The position numbers and the translations under genes are program-made. From contig JBCCXZ010000007.1 of assembly GCA_039190745.1 (NCBI GenBank), positions 33,706 to 97,705 on the forward strand: 64,000 nt of DNA, in the 5' to 3' direction. This stretch comes from Planctomycetota bacterium. GTDB taxonomy: Bacteria > Planctomycetota > Planctomycetia > Pirellulales > Lacipirellulaceae. The notes below the pieces were generated by a model. That model had not been told where the DNA came from. It searched no databases and saw only the letters and a program-made list of their open reading frames with translations. The stretch's first letter is position 1, and every line of letters begins with the position of its first letter. Shown here piece after piece: positions 1 to 10,234 of the stretch.

Positions 1-1
1 C

Positions 2-3000
2 GACGACGGCCCCGAGGGCTCCCACGGCACCCACGTCGCCGGCATCGTGGGCGCCGACAGCGGCGTCGACAACGGCGTCGCCCCCGACGTCGACCTCGTG
101 GGCTTGCGGGTGTTCGACGACGCCGGCAACGGTTACTTCAGTTGGGTTGAGGATGCCCTGCAGTGGGTCCACGACAACCGCAACGCCTTCGAGAACCCCA
201 TCACCGCGGTCAACCTCTCGCTCGGCGCCGTTGGCTGGAACTCCGAGAGCATCCCCGCCTGGGCCAACCTAGAGAACGAGTTCGCCCAGCTCGAGGCCGA
301 CGGCATCTTCGTCTCGGTCTCGGCCGGGAATTCCTTCACCGATTACAACGCCACCGGGCTCAGCTACCCCGCCGCCAGCCCCTACGTCGTGCCCGTGATG
401 TCGGTCGACGATTCTGGCAACCTCAGCTACTTCAGCCAACGCAGCACGCGCGGCATCGCCGCCCCCGGGCGGTGGATCACCAGCACCGTCCCCGACTACG
501 TCGGCAACAACAACGGCATCACCGACGACTACGCCACGTTCTCCGGCACGAGCATGGCCGCGCCCTACGTCGCCGGCGCCAGCGTCATTATCCGCGAGGC
601 GATGGAGTTCGTCGGCTACACCAACATCACCCAAGACGTCATCTACAACCACATGAAAGCCACGGCCGAGTCGTTCTACGACTCCGCCACGGGCGAGTGG
701 TTCGACCGCCTCGACCTCGACGCGGCGATCGACGCCCTCATGCCGACCGACGAGTTCGGCTCGACCATGGGCACGGCTTTTGACCTCGGCACGATCAGCG
801 GCAACACGTCGACCAACGGCGTGATTGGCACCCTGAGCGACGCCGACTACTTCAGCTTCACCGCCGGCTCCACCGGCACGGTCACCTTCACCGTCGACAC
901 AACGCACGACCTCGACGCCGCTTGGGATTCCTCGGCGACGGGGTGGACCACCGGCGGCGGTACGGCGTACACCCTCGAAGTCGCCGCGGGCAATACCTAC
1001 ACCGTCGGGCTCTCCTCGGCCGACGGCATCGGCTACTACGATCTCGACATCACGACGGAGAGCACTTTCACGTTCACCGATTGGGGGGTTGTCGCCCAAT
1101 CACATGTCAACAACATCGCGAACACGGGCGATGCTTGGTATCGAGTTACCGCCGGCCAATCCGGCTACCTGACGGCCGAGGCATTCTTCGACGCCTCCGC
1201 GGGGAATGTGACCCTCGACGTCTACGACTCCGCGCTGAATCTCCTCGCGACTTCCGCTGTCCAAGACGGCGGTCAGCGCATCGACGTTATCGCGACCAAT
1301 GGGTCGGAGTACTACCTCAAGGTCTCCGGCAACAACAGCGACATCGACTTCCGCCTAACGAACTTGCTGGCGTTCAGCGGCTCTCAAGCTACCCTGAACG
1401 GTACTTCTGGCGACGACACAATCCAGTTCATTGCCGACCAAGCGCATCTCCTGAGCATCAACGAGACGACGTACTCAATTGATAGCGCGGCGGTGAATCT
1501 CGTATCGATTAACGGTTCGGCAGGCAATGATACGTTCGAGCTCGTCGGGACCGCCGAAAGCGAAATAGCCTACCTCGCTGTGGAGAACACCGCCTGGCTG
1601 GGGAACGGCGTAACGGTCTCGGCACTCGGCTTCGAACAGACCACCATAGAGGGCGGCGGCGGCGGCGACAGTGCCCACTTCTACGACTCAACTGGAAACG
1701 ACCAGTTCCAAGCCTACAGCAACCGCGCCACGATGACCGGGTCGGGCTTCGCCAACGAGGTCACTGGCTTTGCCAACACCTACGGTTACTCCAACGCCGG
1801 CGATGATTCCGCATTCCTATACGACTCCGACGGCGATGACCACTTCCGGTCCTACGAAGACCGGTCAGAGATGGTTGGAGTGGGACGCTTCAGTCAGGCT
1901 ATCGGCTTCGCAAGCAACACGGGCTACTCGACACAGGGGAACGATACAGCGTTCCTGTTTGACTCGGCGGGAAACAACACCTACGTCGCTTCCCCAACTG
2001 CTGCTTCGATGACCGGAGACGGACTGAACAACCGGGCAGAAGGCTTCTCGGCAACCTTCGCATACGCCAGCACAGGCAACGACTCTGCACATCTTGACGA
2101 CAGCACCGGAAACGACATCTACGCCTCATACGTCGGCGCATCGGTCATGAGCGGCGACGGCTTCTTCAACCAAACAAGCGGATTCTACACTACTTCAAGC
2201 ACGGCTACAGCGGGCTCGGACATTGCGCTGATGTTCGACTCGTCCGGGGACGACCACTACACGACCTACTCAGACCGGGTCGAGATGTCCGGCGGAGGGT
2301 TTCTCAACACAGCGCACAACTTCGATGTTTCGATCGGCCAAGCCTCTACCGGGACCGACTCGGTCACCATGTACGGCTCCGCGGGCAGCGACCACTTTAG
2401 GTCGTACTCAGGACAAGCGGAAACAGCCGGAACCGATTTCTTCAACATCGCACGCGGATTCGAAAGCGTTCTCGGGGTCTCGTCCGGCGGCACGGACGTT
2501 GCGTACATGAACGATTCTGCGGGGGCAAACACATACGTTGCTCACTCCGACCGGGTCACCATGACCGGCAGCGGAATGAACAGCGAGGCCCGTGGATTCA
2601 GCTATACTTTCGGCTACGCATCCGACGCCAGTGACATCGCAACCTTCTACGACTCGACTGGCGATGATCACTTCCGAACCTACGCGGACGTCTCGATCGT
2701 CGAGATGGCGGGCGACGGCTACCACAATCAGGGACGCGGGTTTGCTACGGCGACAGGATTCGCCTCCGACGGCAACGACGCCGCCTTCCTCCACGACTCC
2801 GCGGGCGACGACCAGTACGCCGCTTACGCAGACCGTGTGGAGATGACAGGAGGCGGCTACTTCTACCGCGCAGTCAGCTTCGAGGAGAGCTACGCCTACG
2901 GGTCCACAGGCGACGACTCGGCTATGCTCTACGACTCAGCTGGAGACAACCTGTTCTTATCCTATGCCCACGGCGCTCTAATGACCGGCGACGGGCTCTT

Positions 3001-3253
3001 CAACCAAGCCTCGGGTTTTGATACGGTTCTCGGATTCGCCACAACCGGACAAAACGTCGCTTACCTCTACGACTCGAACGGCGATGATGTCTTGACCGCA
3101 GCCGGTAGCGCCGTGCAACTGCTCTATGACAGCGGCGCCGAGGTCGAGCTAGAAGACTTCGGCGGAGTCGCCGCATTCGCAAGCAACGGCAACGATACGC
3201 TCAACCTTGCCGCGATCGACTTCTACTTTAATGACATCGGCGATTGGAGCTAA
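2..3253 (+). CDS. Subtilisin-like S8 serine peptidase with PPC-like domains and C-terminal 46-aa repeat region; 5' end lies outside the window
   Basis: Frame is open from base 2 (DDGPEGSHGTHVAGIV = catalytic His motif), with SAGN oxyanion motif and GTSMAAP catalytic Ser; followed by D-D-Y-F-S-F-type PPC-like beta domains and repeated (L/F)YDSxGDD units. Confidence 0.9.
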   Translation, partial: DDGPEGSHGTHVAGIVGADSGVDNGVAPDVDLVGLRVFDDAGNGYFSWVEDALQWVHDNRNAFENPITAVNLSLGAVGWNSESIPAWANLENEFAQLEADGIFVSVSAGNSFTDYNATGLSYPAASPYVVPVMSVDDSGNLSYFSQRSTRGIAAPGRWITSTVPDYVGNNNGITDDYATFSGTSMAAPYVAGASVIIREAMEFVGYTNITQDVIYNHMKATAESFYDSATGEWFDRLDLDAAIDALMPTDEFGSTMGTAFDLGTISGNTSTNGVIGTLSDADYFSFTAGSTGTVTFTVDTTHDLDAAWDSSATGWTTGGGTAYTLEVAAGNTYTVGLSSADGIGYYDLDITTESTFTFTDWGVVAQSHVNNIANTGDAWYRVTAGQSGYLTAEAFFDASAGNVTLDVYDSALNLLATSAVQDGGQRIDVIATNGSEYYLKVSGNNSDIDFRLTNLLAFSGSQATLNGTSGDDTIQFIADQAHLLSINETTYSIDSAAVNLVSINGSAGNDTFELVGTAESEIAYLAVENTAWLGNGVTVSALGFEQTTIEGGGGGDSAHFYDSTGNDQFQAYSNRATMTGSGFANEVTGFANTYGYSNAGDDSAFLYDSDGDDHFRSYEDRSEMVGVGRFSQAIGFASNTGYSTQGNDTAFLFDSAGNNTYVASPTAASMTGDGLNNRAEGFSATFAYASTGNDSAHLDDSTGNDIYASYVGASVMSGDGFFNQTSGFYTTSSTATAGSDIALMFDSSGDDHYTTYSDRVEMSGGGFLNTAHNFDVSIGQASTGTDSVTMYGSAGSDHFRSYSGQAETAGTDFFNIARGFESVLGVSSGGTDVAYMNDSAGANTYVAHSDRVTMTGSGMNSEARGFSYTFGYASDASDIATFYDSTGDDHFRTYADVSIVEMAGDGYHNQGRGFATATGFASDGNDAAFLHDSAGDDQYAAYADRVEMTGGGYFYRAVSFEESYAYGSTGDDSAMLYDSAGDNLFLSYAHGALMTGDGLFNQASGFDTVLGFATTGQNVAYLYDSNGDDVLTAAGSAVQLLYDSGAEVELEDFGGVAAFASNGNDTLNLAAIDFYFNDIGDWS
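1680..3200 (+). repeat. About 11 tandem ~46-aa (138-nt) Gly/Asp/Ser-rich protein repeats within the subtilase
   Basis: FYDSTGND, LYDSDGDD, LFDSAGNN, LDDSTGND, MFDSSGDD, MYGSAGSD, MNDSAGAN, FYDSTGDD, LHDSAGDD, LYDSAGDN, LYDSNGDD recur; the first two are 138 nt apart. Confidence 0.85.
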
Positions 3254-3272
3254 AGAAGGCCTCGGACGCACG

Positions 3273-4328
3273 TCACGCGGCCGAGGAAGCTGCGCGCCCC
3301 ACGCCTCCGGCTTGTGATTCGCGCCGAGCAATGCCGGGCCGGAGCATCTTCGGAAGCAAATCCGCGAAGAAGTCCCGCCGTCGAGCAAAGCGGAACAAAC
3401 GGTCCACCCGATCTGCTGCCTCGCATCCTAGCTCCCGAGACGCCTCCGGGTCCGCCAGCGCCTCCACGAGCCGATCGGCGATTGCTTCCGGGGTTTCGTC
3501 TTCCACATAGTATCCCGCGTCTCCAACCACTTCTGGGATCGCGGTTCGGCGATTGACGACCACAGGAGCCCCGCAAGCCATGGCCTCCGCGATCGCTAAC
3601 CCAAAACCTTCGTGGCGAGAGCATTGATAGTATGCGCCACACGACTGCATGTACCGAATCTTCTGCTCTTTCGATATCTTCCCTAAGAACTCGACATGTC
3701 CTTCCAGGGATCGCTCCTCGACCATGCGTTCCAACAAAGCCTGACCATCAACCGGCTCTCCCGCCAGCACTAGCCTTGCTTCAGGCATACGCTCCTTCAC
3801 CAAAGCGAACGCCTCGATCAACTCAGGCAACATCTTCCGTTTCATGTTCTCTGTCCGCTTCCACGCGACGTTGAACACTACGCGAGGCTCAGCGCGTTCG
3901 TTCGTTGGAGATAGCGGACGGTACTCGTCCATCACTACGTGCGGGCAGTAGAGAGGCCCATCCAGATCCATTAGTTTCCTCAGGCGTTCAATCATATACC
4001 TGCTCACGAACACGCTCTTGTCTGCGAAGCGCATGCCCCAGCGAACCAGCAGGCGCTGGTACCACCGATAGCCCTCGTAGATCTCTGGCTCGAGCGAACC
4101 GGTAACGCAGACGGGGATACCTCGAAGCTTCAGTACAGGCCCCACCAGCCACAACCACGTCCACCACCAAACGAACACCAGGTCGGTGCTGCGAGGCACC
4201 TCCTTTAGGCTCGTCGCGACCGTCACCTTACAACCGATCGATTCCAAGACCTCAAGATCCTGACGGTAGAACTCGGTCGTCATAAGTCGGTCGCGCTGCA
4301 GACGGTAAACAAGGAACGTTACGTGCAT
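3273..4328 (-). CDS. Glycosyltransferase family 4 (GT-B)
   Basis: EGFGLAIAEAMACGAPVV (ExFGxxxxEA) motif; likely start ATG 4328 (MHVTFLVY). Confidence 0.9.
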   Translation of the reverse strand: MHVTFLVYRLQRDRLMTTEFYRQDLEVLESIGCKVTVATSLKEVPRSTDLVFVWWWTWLWLVGPVLKLRGIPVCVTGSLEPEIYEGYRWYQRLLVRWGMRFADKSVFVSRYMIERLRKLMDLDGPLYCPHVVMDEYRPLSPTNERAEPRVVFNVAWKRTENMKRKMLPELIEAFALVKERMPEARLVLAGEPVDGQALLERMVEERSLEGHVEFLGKISKEQKIRYMQSCGAYYQCSRHEGFGLAIAEAMACGAPVVVNRRTAIPEVVGDAGYYVEDETPEAIADRLVEALADPEASRELGCEAADRVDRLFRFARRRDFFADLLPKMLRPGIARRESQAGGVGRAASSAA

Positions 4329-4366
4329 AGCCGATGTCCTCCGTAAGAAATACGCTCCGCAACGCA

Positions 4367-5176
4367 CTACTTGGCCTCAGAGGCCAACTGCGAGTGATCC
4401 CCGATCTCTCCGGGCATCCTAAAGTACAATGAGACGCCTAGGTGGCCGCCGTGGTCCGTGAACTCCACATGTGTGCGATCTATGCCGCTCATCTGCAAGA
4501 AATGAAAGACCCGGTTTAGGTCATAATCGTTCATCTCCATTGGAGGCGCTAAGAACGGTCGGCCGCGAGCAATGTTCACAAGACTGTTGGCAAACGGCAC
4601 GTGCTTTCGCGCCAGCGCGAGCCATCGAATGGCACTGTCTGACTTGGCATAGGTTATGTGAATGATGCCGGTCCCCGACGGGGCGATGGCATTCACCAGA
4701 CGCCTCAACAGTGTTTCACCCGTCCGCACCGGCACATGCTGGAGGACAATGTGGCTGTGCACCAACTCGAATCGATCGCTCTCACTCAGCGGCCAGGGCT
4801 TGCTGCAATGGAACTCGATGTTTGCTATCCCCGCTTCGGAGCAGTTGGCCTCGGCCTCGCGGAGCATAGCGGGCGAGATATCCAAGCCGACCACCCGATC
4901 CGCTTCGCGGGCCAAGGGTATTGCAAGGCGCCCGACCCCGCACCCAAAGTCGAGAACCGTGCCGAGCCGGTCTGGCATGCCGACGCGTTCCCTTGCTGTG
5001 CTGAGCGCTTCAGCCACATGGTACTCGCCCAAGCGGAAGAACTCTCGGCGATCCGCAGGCGTCATGGAGGCCCGGCGGAAACGCGGCTGGGTGAGTACTC
5101 CAAAATATGGGTCGTCTTTGCCGAACGCTCGCCAGGCGCGATCGGTTGTCGGTAACGCTAGTCGTGCGATAGACAT
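4367..5176 (-). CDS. Class I SAM-dependent methyltransferase
   Basis: VLDFGCGVGR motif I and GLDISPAML motif. Confidence 0.88.
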   Translation of the reverse strand: MSIARLALPTTDRAWRAFGKDDPYFGVLTQPRFRRASMTPADRREFFRLGEYHVAEALSTARERVGMPDRLGTVLDFGCGVGRLAIPLAREADRVVGLDISPAMLREAEANCSEAGIANIEFHCSKPWPLSESDRFELVHSHIVLQHVPVRTGETLLRRLVNAIAPSGTGIIHITYAKSDSAIRWLALARKHVPFANSLVNIARGRPFLAPPMEMNDYDLNRVFHFLQMSGIDRTHVEFTDHGGHLGVSLYFRMPGEIGDHSQLASEAK

Positions 5177-5232
5177 CGGGAGCTGTTCTCCATGGGGAGT
5201 GAAACCGATTGTTCGGAGGGGCGGCCTCTCTG

Positions 5233-6663
5233 CTAGCCTGCCGCAAAGGCTCGCCGCCGCAACGGCCGAGATGCTAAGGTCTTCAAAGGCAGCCGGGCCG
5301 ATGTCTGGCCTCGAACGTCAACGGTTCTCAACGGGCAAATGAGGTAGAGAACTACCATCGAAGGAACATGCCTCAGCCAATCGAACACCATATGACTGAG
5401 CAAAGCCGACTCAAAACTACTCGCCACCTGCAACCCAGCTACCGCTACGACAAAGCCCAATCGACCACCAGGTGATACGAGCAACACCGAAACAATCGCC
5501 GTAGAGGTCGCTAATACAATGGCCGCTATTGCGAAGCCGGCGCTCCGAAAGTTCCCGTAAGCGTCGGTCAGGATGCAGCTCTGGTAATCAGGCTGATTGA
5601 TCCCCGCGTACTCGTACATCAGGTAGTACTTCGGGGTGGTAGCCAAGCTGGCCTTGATCGCCTTTGCGCCCTCAGCGTCCCAGAGGTAGCCCACGGTCGC
5701 CAGCACACTTGGATACCAACTCCGCCCCCAGGAAGCGCCATCCGCAGCAATCGCAGGGCCCATCCGGGCGATCAGATCGATCCCGTCAAGTCGGCTCGCC
5801 GATTTCAGCAAGCCTCCGGTGAGCTCCCCATCCGTCTCGCCAGAACCCGAAACAACCGCAGCCAGAGTCTCGCCAATCGTACCCTGCCAGTGATCTCGAA
5901 ACTTGACAGTAAAAGCAATCCCCGCACACGCTGCGAGACCTGCTAACGCCAGTCTTAAAGAGGCCTTTCCAGAGCGCGGGCTCTGGCTCACCGACTCACA
6001 AAGCATGTAGACGGCCGAGAGCAGCGCGAAAGTAACCACTAAAGCGAATCGGCTATTGAGACAGACAACCAGCAGTTGACCACAGAGGGTGATCGCTAAG
6101 ACCGACCCCGTAAGCCGCTTGTTGGAGCGAGTTTTTGCGAAGTGGAAGGCGATATAGCTGACCATCACGAGGGATAGCAGCAGGCGATCGAAAGTCCGGA
6201 TGATGAGGTAAGCCGAACCGGGGAGGTGCAGGTACTCCGCAGCCAGAGCCTGGTGGCCAATCCGCCGGAAGAGCAAATCATACTGAAGCAGCGTGAACAC
6301 GTAGACGAAAGTACCGACCCCGGAGATCACCGCGAAAAACGGCAACGTCGACTCGTTCACTACAAGTGCCCGCCCGGCCCAGCGTTTTCCTGCCCAGGCT
6401 CGGACCGACGAATGGGTAAGGACGAACACAGGCAGAAAAACCAATAGACAAAGCAACTCGGCATACAGGTACCAATCTCCCAGGCCAGAGCCAGCCAAAC
6501 CTGTGTCGAACACTACGCAAGCCGGAGCCAGAAAGCAGTAAACAACCGCTTGGGCCAAGACAAACAGGAAGAATGCATCTCGCCGGAGCGACGACCCAGA
6601 AACCACAGCTGCTACGAACACCAGCGAGAAAAGTAACACAACTAGGTGAATCTGCAGTGGCAT
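5233..6663 (-). CDS. Polytopic membrane protein, probable Wzy polysaccharide polymerase
   Basis: About 10-11 hydrophobic segments with a large hydrophilic loop (SRLDGID...); lies next to the flippase in a polysaccharide locus. Confidence 0.6.
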   Translation of the reverse strand: MPLQIHLVVLLFSLVFVAAVVSGSSLRRDAFFLFVLAQAVVYCFLAPACVVFDTGLAGSGLGDWYLYAELLCLLVFLPVFVLTHSSVRAWAGKRWAGRALVVNESTLPFFAVISGVGTFVYVFTLLQYDLLFRRIGHQALAAEYLHLPGSAYLIIRTFDRLLLSLVMVSYIAFHFAKTRSNKRLTGSVLAITLCGQLLVVCLNSRFALVVTFALLSAVYMLCESVSQSPRSGKASLRLALAGLAACAGIAFTVKFRDHWQGTIGETLAAVVSGSGETDGELTGGLLKSASRLDGIDLIARMGPAIAADGASWGRSWYPSVLATVGYLWDAEGAKAIKASLATTPKYYLMYEYAGINQPDYQSCILTDAYGNFRSAGFAIAAIVLATSTAIVSVLLVSPGGRLGFVVAVAGLQVASSFESALLSHMVFDWLRHVPSMVVLYLICPLRTVDVRGQTSARLPLKTLASRPLRRRAFAAG

Positions 6664-6822
6664 CTAAGTGCTGCGACCTTACCGAATCGAACGAGGCGGC
6701 ACAGGGCGTACTGGCGAGGCATCCGGCGCCCAGAGACGGGGCGGAGACTGTAGGAGGCAAACAGCTGGTCGTCAACACGACTAGCAGCCCGTCAATCTAG
6801 CAACAACGAGAGCCCCCAACGT

Positions 6823-8454
6823 TCAAACCTTCTTCCTGAGCAGAGACCCCACGACGCCGAGGAGCGCACCGCGATCTTCCGCGTCCAGCACCCACCTCCA
6901 GGCGGCCAGCAGACACCCCGCCCAAAGGCAGCATACGACCGCTGGCTGGCCCTGCAGAGCAAGCGGTGTCGCGGCCCAGGCTAGTCCGGTCACAACCAGT
7001 GCGTAAATGATCGGCCTCGCTAGAAAGTGGTTCAAGTAGGAAGGCCAACCAAGGGCCAGGGCACGTTGCACCAGCGGCGGCACGGCGACAAATCCAAGGA
7101 TGCTGCCGAGCAAGGACCCCGCCGCGATGCCCGCCAATGGTTCAGAGCCCCAAGAGCCACATGCAAGAGCAAGCAAAGCTGCCAGGACGGCCTTCACGGC
7201 CACACAAACTGCCAAACGCTGATGGCAGTCCATAGCCATCAGGAAGAGCACGGGCGTGCAGAAGAGCGCGTCGCAAAGAAACGACATTGCAATCAACCAG
7301 AAAACCAAGTCCCCGGGGTAAGACCCTGGGCCCAGCCAGGCATCGACAAAAGACTCGGCAAAAGGCGCAAATACCGCCACTCCTAGCACAGAAGCCAACG
7401 CCGAGAGTTTCGTGAGAAGCTTAGCGCTAGACGCGAGCCTCGCCTGATCGCCGTGCGTAGACCACATCACAACGTAAGGCTGAGCAGCGCGGGGCAGTCC
7501 CGTGATCAGGCCCAAACCCGCACCCCGGGAGAGGTTAGTCAGGAGGAAGAAAGCCGGCGCGGCTGCTAGGGAGTCTAACCGCGGCACCATCAAAGCAGCC
7601 ACGCTCCGCTCGATTACTCCAGATGCGCTTATCAAGAAGAAAAAGAACGAACTCGAAGTGAGGCCACGCAGCAAAGATGGGTCAAAACGCGAAACTCGCA
7701 GCCGAGCCCAGTCCCCAAGCCGGTTGGAAGAAAAGGAAATTGCTGCTGCACTCACCAGCAGGACTGAATTAAACGCCACCGTCGCACCGAGTAAACCGAA
7801 GCCCGCAAGTATGGCAGCCGCCGTCGCCGCCAGCGAGGCCGCTGTACCGAGCAACTCCCACCACAAACGTAGCGGCAGCCGACGAGTCCCCATTAAAACT
7901 GCCGGGAAAACCAGCATGGGGATCCTCGACAACGCGAGTACCGTTGATACGACCAGACACACCCGCAGTGTCGACTCGTAGCCCAATTCAGAATCTGCGA
8001 GCAAGAGCCGCCCGATAGGAAACCAGTACACGCAAGCAACGGCTACCGAGCCGATCGATCCTACGAGAATCCAGTAGAGCACATGGGCGGTCGCCGTGAT
8101 CTGACCAACCGCTTCAAGACGCCCCTGTGTATAAGCCTGCCCAATCCTGTTCACGATTGTCTGGCCTAACCCCGACTCGGAGAGGCTCAGGTACATAGTG
8201 ACAGTGCAAATCGTGATCCAAAGCCCGCACTGCTGCGCGCCAAGCAAAGTTATCATCAGTGGCATCAGCAAGAGATGCCCGCCAGCGCGTAGCAGCGTGT
8301 TCGCAACGATCAGTGCGTTTGCGAGAATAGTGGCGAAGACCGCAGATTCGCCGGCCGCACCTAAACGGGACTCCACCGAAGGAAGCGCACCCGCAACCTG
8401 CGGATTGTCGAGACCAACGATTCGTCTCGGGCGTTTCTCGGCTACGGCTTCCAT
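6823..8454 (-). CDS. wzx: Wzx-like oligosaccharide flippase (MOP superfamily)
   Basis: About 12-14 TM segments; N-terminal 'P.MITLLGAQQCGLW...LSESGLGQ' pattern typical of Wzx; locus context. Confidence 0.75.
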   Translation of the reverse strand: MEAVAEKRPRRIVGLDNPQVAGALPSVESRLGAAGESAVFATILANALIVANTLLRAGGHLLLMPLMITLLGAQQCGLWITICTVTMYLSLSESGLGQTIVNRIGQAYTQGRLEAVGQITATAHVLYWILVGSIGSVAVACVYWFPIGRLLLADSELGYESTLRVCLVVSTVLALSRIPMLVFPAVLMGTRRLPLRLWWELLGTAASLAATAAAILAGFGLLGATVAFNSVLLVSAAAISFSSNRLGDWARLRVSRFDPSLLRGLTSSSFFFFLISASGVIERSVAALMVPRLDSLAAAPAFFLLTNLSRGAGLGLITGLPRAAQPYVVMWSTHGDQARLASSAKLLTKLSALASVLGVAVFAPFAESFVDAWLGPGSYPGDLVFWLIAMSFLCDALFCTPVLFLMAMDCHQRLAVCVAVKAVLAALLALACGSWGSEPLAGIAAGSLLGSILGFVAVPPLVQRALALGWPSYLNHFLARPIIYALVVTGLAWAATPLALQGQPAVVCCLWAGCLLAAWRWVLDAEDRGALLGVVGSLLRKKV

Positions 8455-8683
8455 GCAACACTCGATACCCGCGGTGTCTGCCTAGAACCCGCAGGCTCTC
8501 GGCGTCTCAGAGGCAGCGAAAAGGTATCGCCGCTGAATGCCCCCCGCAATGCCGGGCTGAACAACAAACCAGCTAGCAGCCCCAACAAGGGATTGACCTC
8601 GCGGCCTGTTCTGTCTGCATGTATATCCTCCTGCCCACCCGCGCTCTCGCTGTTCGCCGCCTGAAACCCTAGGGCTGCCGCCA

Positions 8684-9538
8684 ATGTTCGGTCCGCTCCA
8701 CGCACTCCACGCCAACCCACTGCTCCGGAAAGTGGCCCTGCCGCTGCTCCGAAGCCTCAATCCGGGGGACATCACCCTCCGACACCACTACACCGGCGCA
8801 CCGGTCCGGCTCCACAGCTTCCGCCACAAGGGGTACTGGTTTCACGGCAGACGCCGCGAGCAGGAGACCATGGAGTTCTTCCGCCGTTTGCTAGCTCCCG
8901 GTGACTGTGTGATAGAAGTCGGGGGCCACATCGGGTACATCTCACTCTACTTCGCCGACCTCGTGGGCCCCGCAGGCCGGGTGATGGTCTTCGAGCCTGG
9001 ATCGAACAACATCCCGTACATCAGGCAAAACGTAGCAAGCATCCAGCAGATCGATCTCAAGGAAGTTGCCGTGTCCGACCAAGACGGCATTGCTAGCTTC
9101 TTCGAGGAAGAACTGACCGGCCAGAACAACTCACTACACGCAGACTATGACGTCTTCCAAGAGAACCGCCACCGGGCCTTCGCAAGCGAGGAATACTCGA
9201 AAAGAAGAGTCGAAACCATACGGCTCGATACGCTACTATCCGGTGAAGGCCTGACGCCAGATCTGATAAAGATTGACATCGAGGGCGCTGAATTGATGGC
9301 CCTCAAGGGGGCACGTGAGACGCTATCCCGGGCGTGTCCGGTCGTCATGGTCGAGGTTACCCGTCAGAAAGCAGAGGTCTTCGCATTCTTCGAGGGCCTC
9401 GGGTACCAACTTTTCAACGACACAGGCGTAAGGCTCGACCGGCCCGATGCCATGGATTTCAACGTCTGTGCTCTACACCCGGAAAAGCACGTCGAGAAAC
9501 TCGACCAGCTCTCGTGGAACAGGGCTCAAGCGGCCTAG
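8684..9538 (+). CDS. FkbM family methyltransferase
   Basis: VIEVGGHIG, FEP and LIKIDIEGAE motifs. Confidence 0.9.
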   Translation: MFGPLHALHANPLLRKVALPLLRSLNPGDITLRHHYTGAPVRLHSFRHKGYWFHGRRREQETMEFFRRLLAPGDCVIEVGGHIGYISLYFADLVGPAGRVMVFEPGSNNIPYIRQNVASIQQIDLKEVAVSDQDGIASFFEEELTGQNNSLHADYDVFQENRHRAFASEEYSKRRVETIRLDTLLSGEGLTPDLIKIDIEGAELMALKGARETLSRACPVVMVEVTRQKAEVFAFFEGLGYQLFNDTGVRLDRPDAMDFNVCALHPEKHVEKLDQLSWNRAQAA

Positions 9539-9568
9539 GGAGAATCCCAACTTCGTTCCCAAAAGTGG

Positions 9569-10234
9569 CTATGCCAGCGCTTCGATCAAGTATGCGGGCA
9601 AAGCCTCATCGGGGGTGGAGCCGAAGTCCTGGGGATGGACGTTCCGACCGTCTGACAGCAAGCATACCGTTGTCCAACCGAGTTTATTCGGGGCGATGAA
9701 GTCTTTCCGCAGATTGTCTCCTACGTAGACGTACTGCCTCTTGCCGAAGCGCTCCTCCACGCGCTGGAAACCAACCGCAGCAGGCTTCCAGGCGCCGATC
9801 TCCTCAGCCACCACGATCTCTTGCACCCACTGTTCAAGGCCAAGGGCCTGGATCTTTTGGCGCTGGGTCACCGACCTGCCGTCGGTTATCAAGCCTAGTG
9901 GATGGCTGTTCCTGGAAAGTTGCTCGAGCAGCGCCCGGACCGAGTGGCTTAGCCGGATATCGGGACGGTGGGTACGCAGCACGCACACCAGCTCATCCTT
10001 CTGAAAGCCGAGCCTGTGTGAAGCGATAAGAGATGCTAAAACGTCGGGATCACCCGAGTCAAAACCCCGGTTCAAATCGGCCGAAAACAGTGCTGCCCGG
10101 TCAGAATCGACATGCCTTGCTACCGCGTGAAACCCCGACCGCACATAGTCCCGTTCTTTGTACAGCGTGTCGTCCAAATCGAACACAACAGCACAGCCTT
10201 CAGGCAGCGGAATCTCTGACAAACACCTGGCCAT
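9569..10234 (-). CDS. HAD-superfamily hydrolase
   Basis: FDLDDTLY motif I, ITDG, KP, YVGDN..KD motifs; start uncertain (10234 or 10291). Confidence 0.85.
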   Translation of the reverse strand: MARCLSEIPLPEGCAVVFDLDDTLYKERDYVRSGFHAVARHVDSDRAALFSADLNRGFDSGDPDVLASLIASHRLGFQKDELVCVLRTHRPDIRLSHSVRALLEQLSRNSHPLGLITDGRSVTQRQKIQALGLEQWVQEIVVAEEIGAWKPAAVGFQRVEERFGKRQYVYVGDNLRKDFIAPNKLGWTTVCLLSDGRNVHPQDFGSTPDEALPAYLIEALA

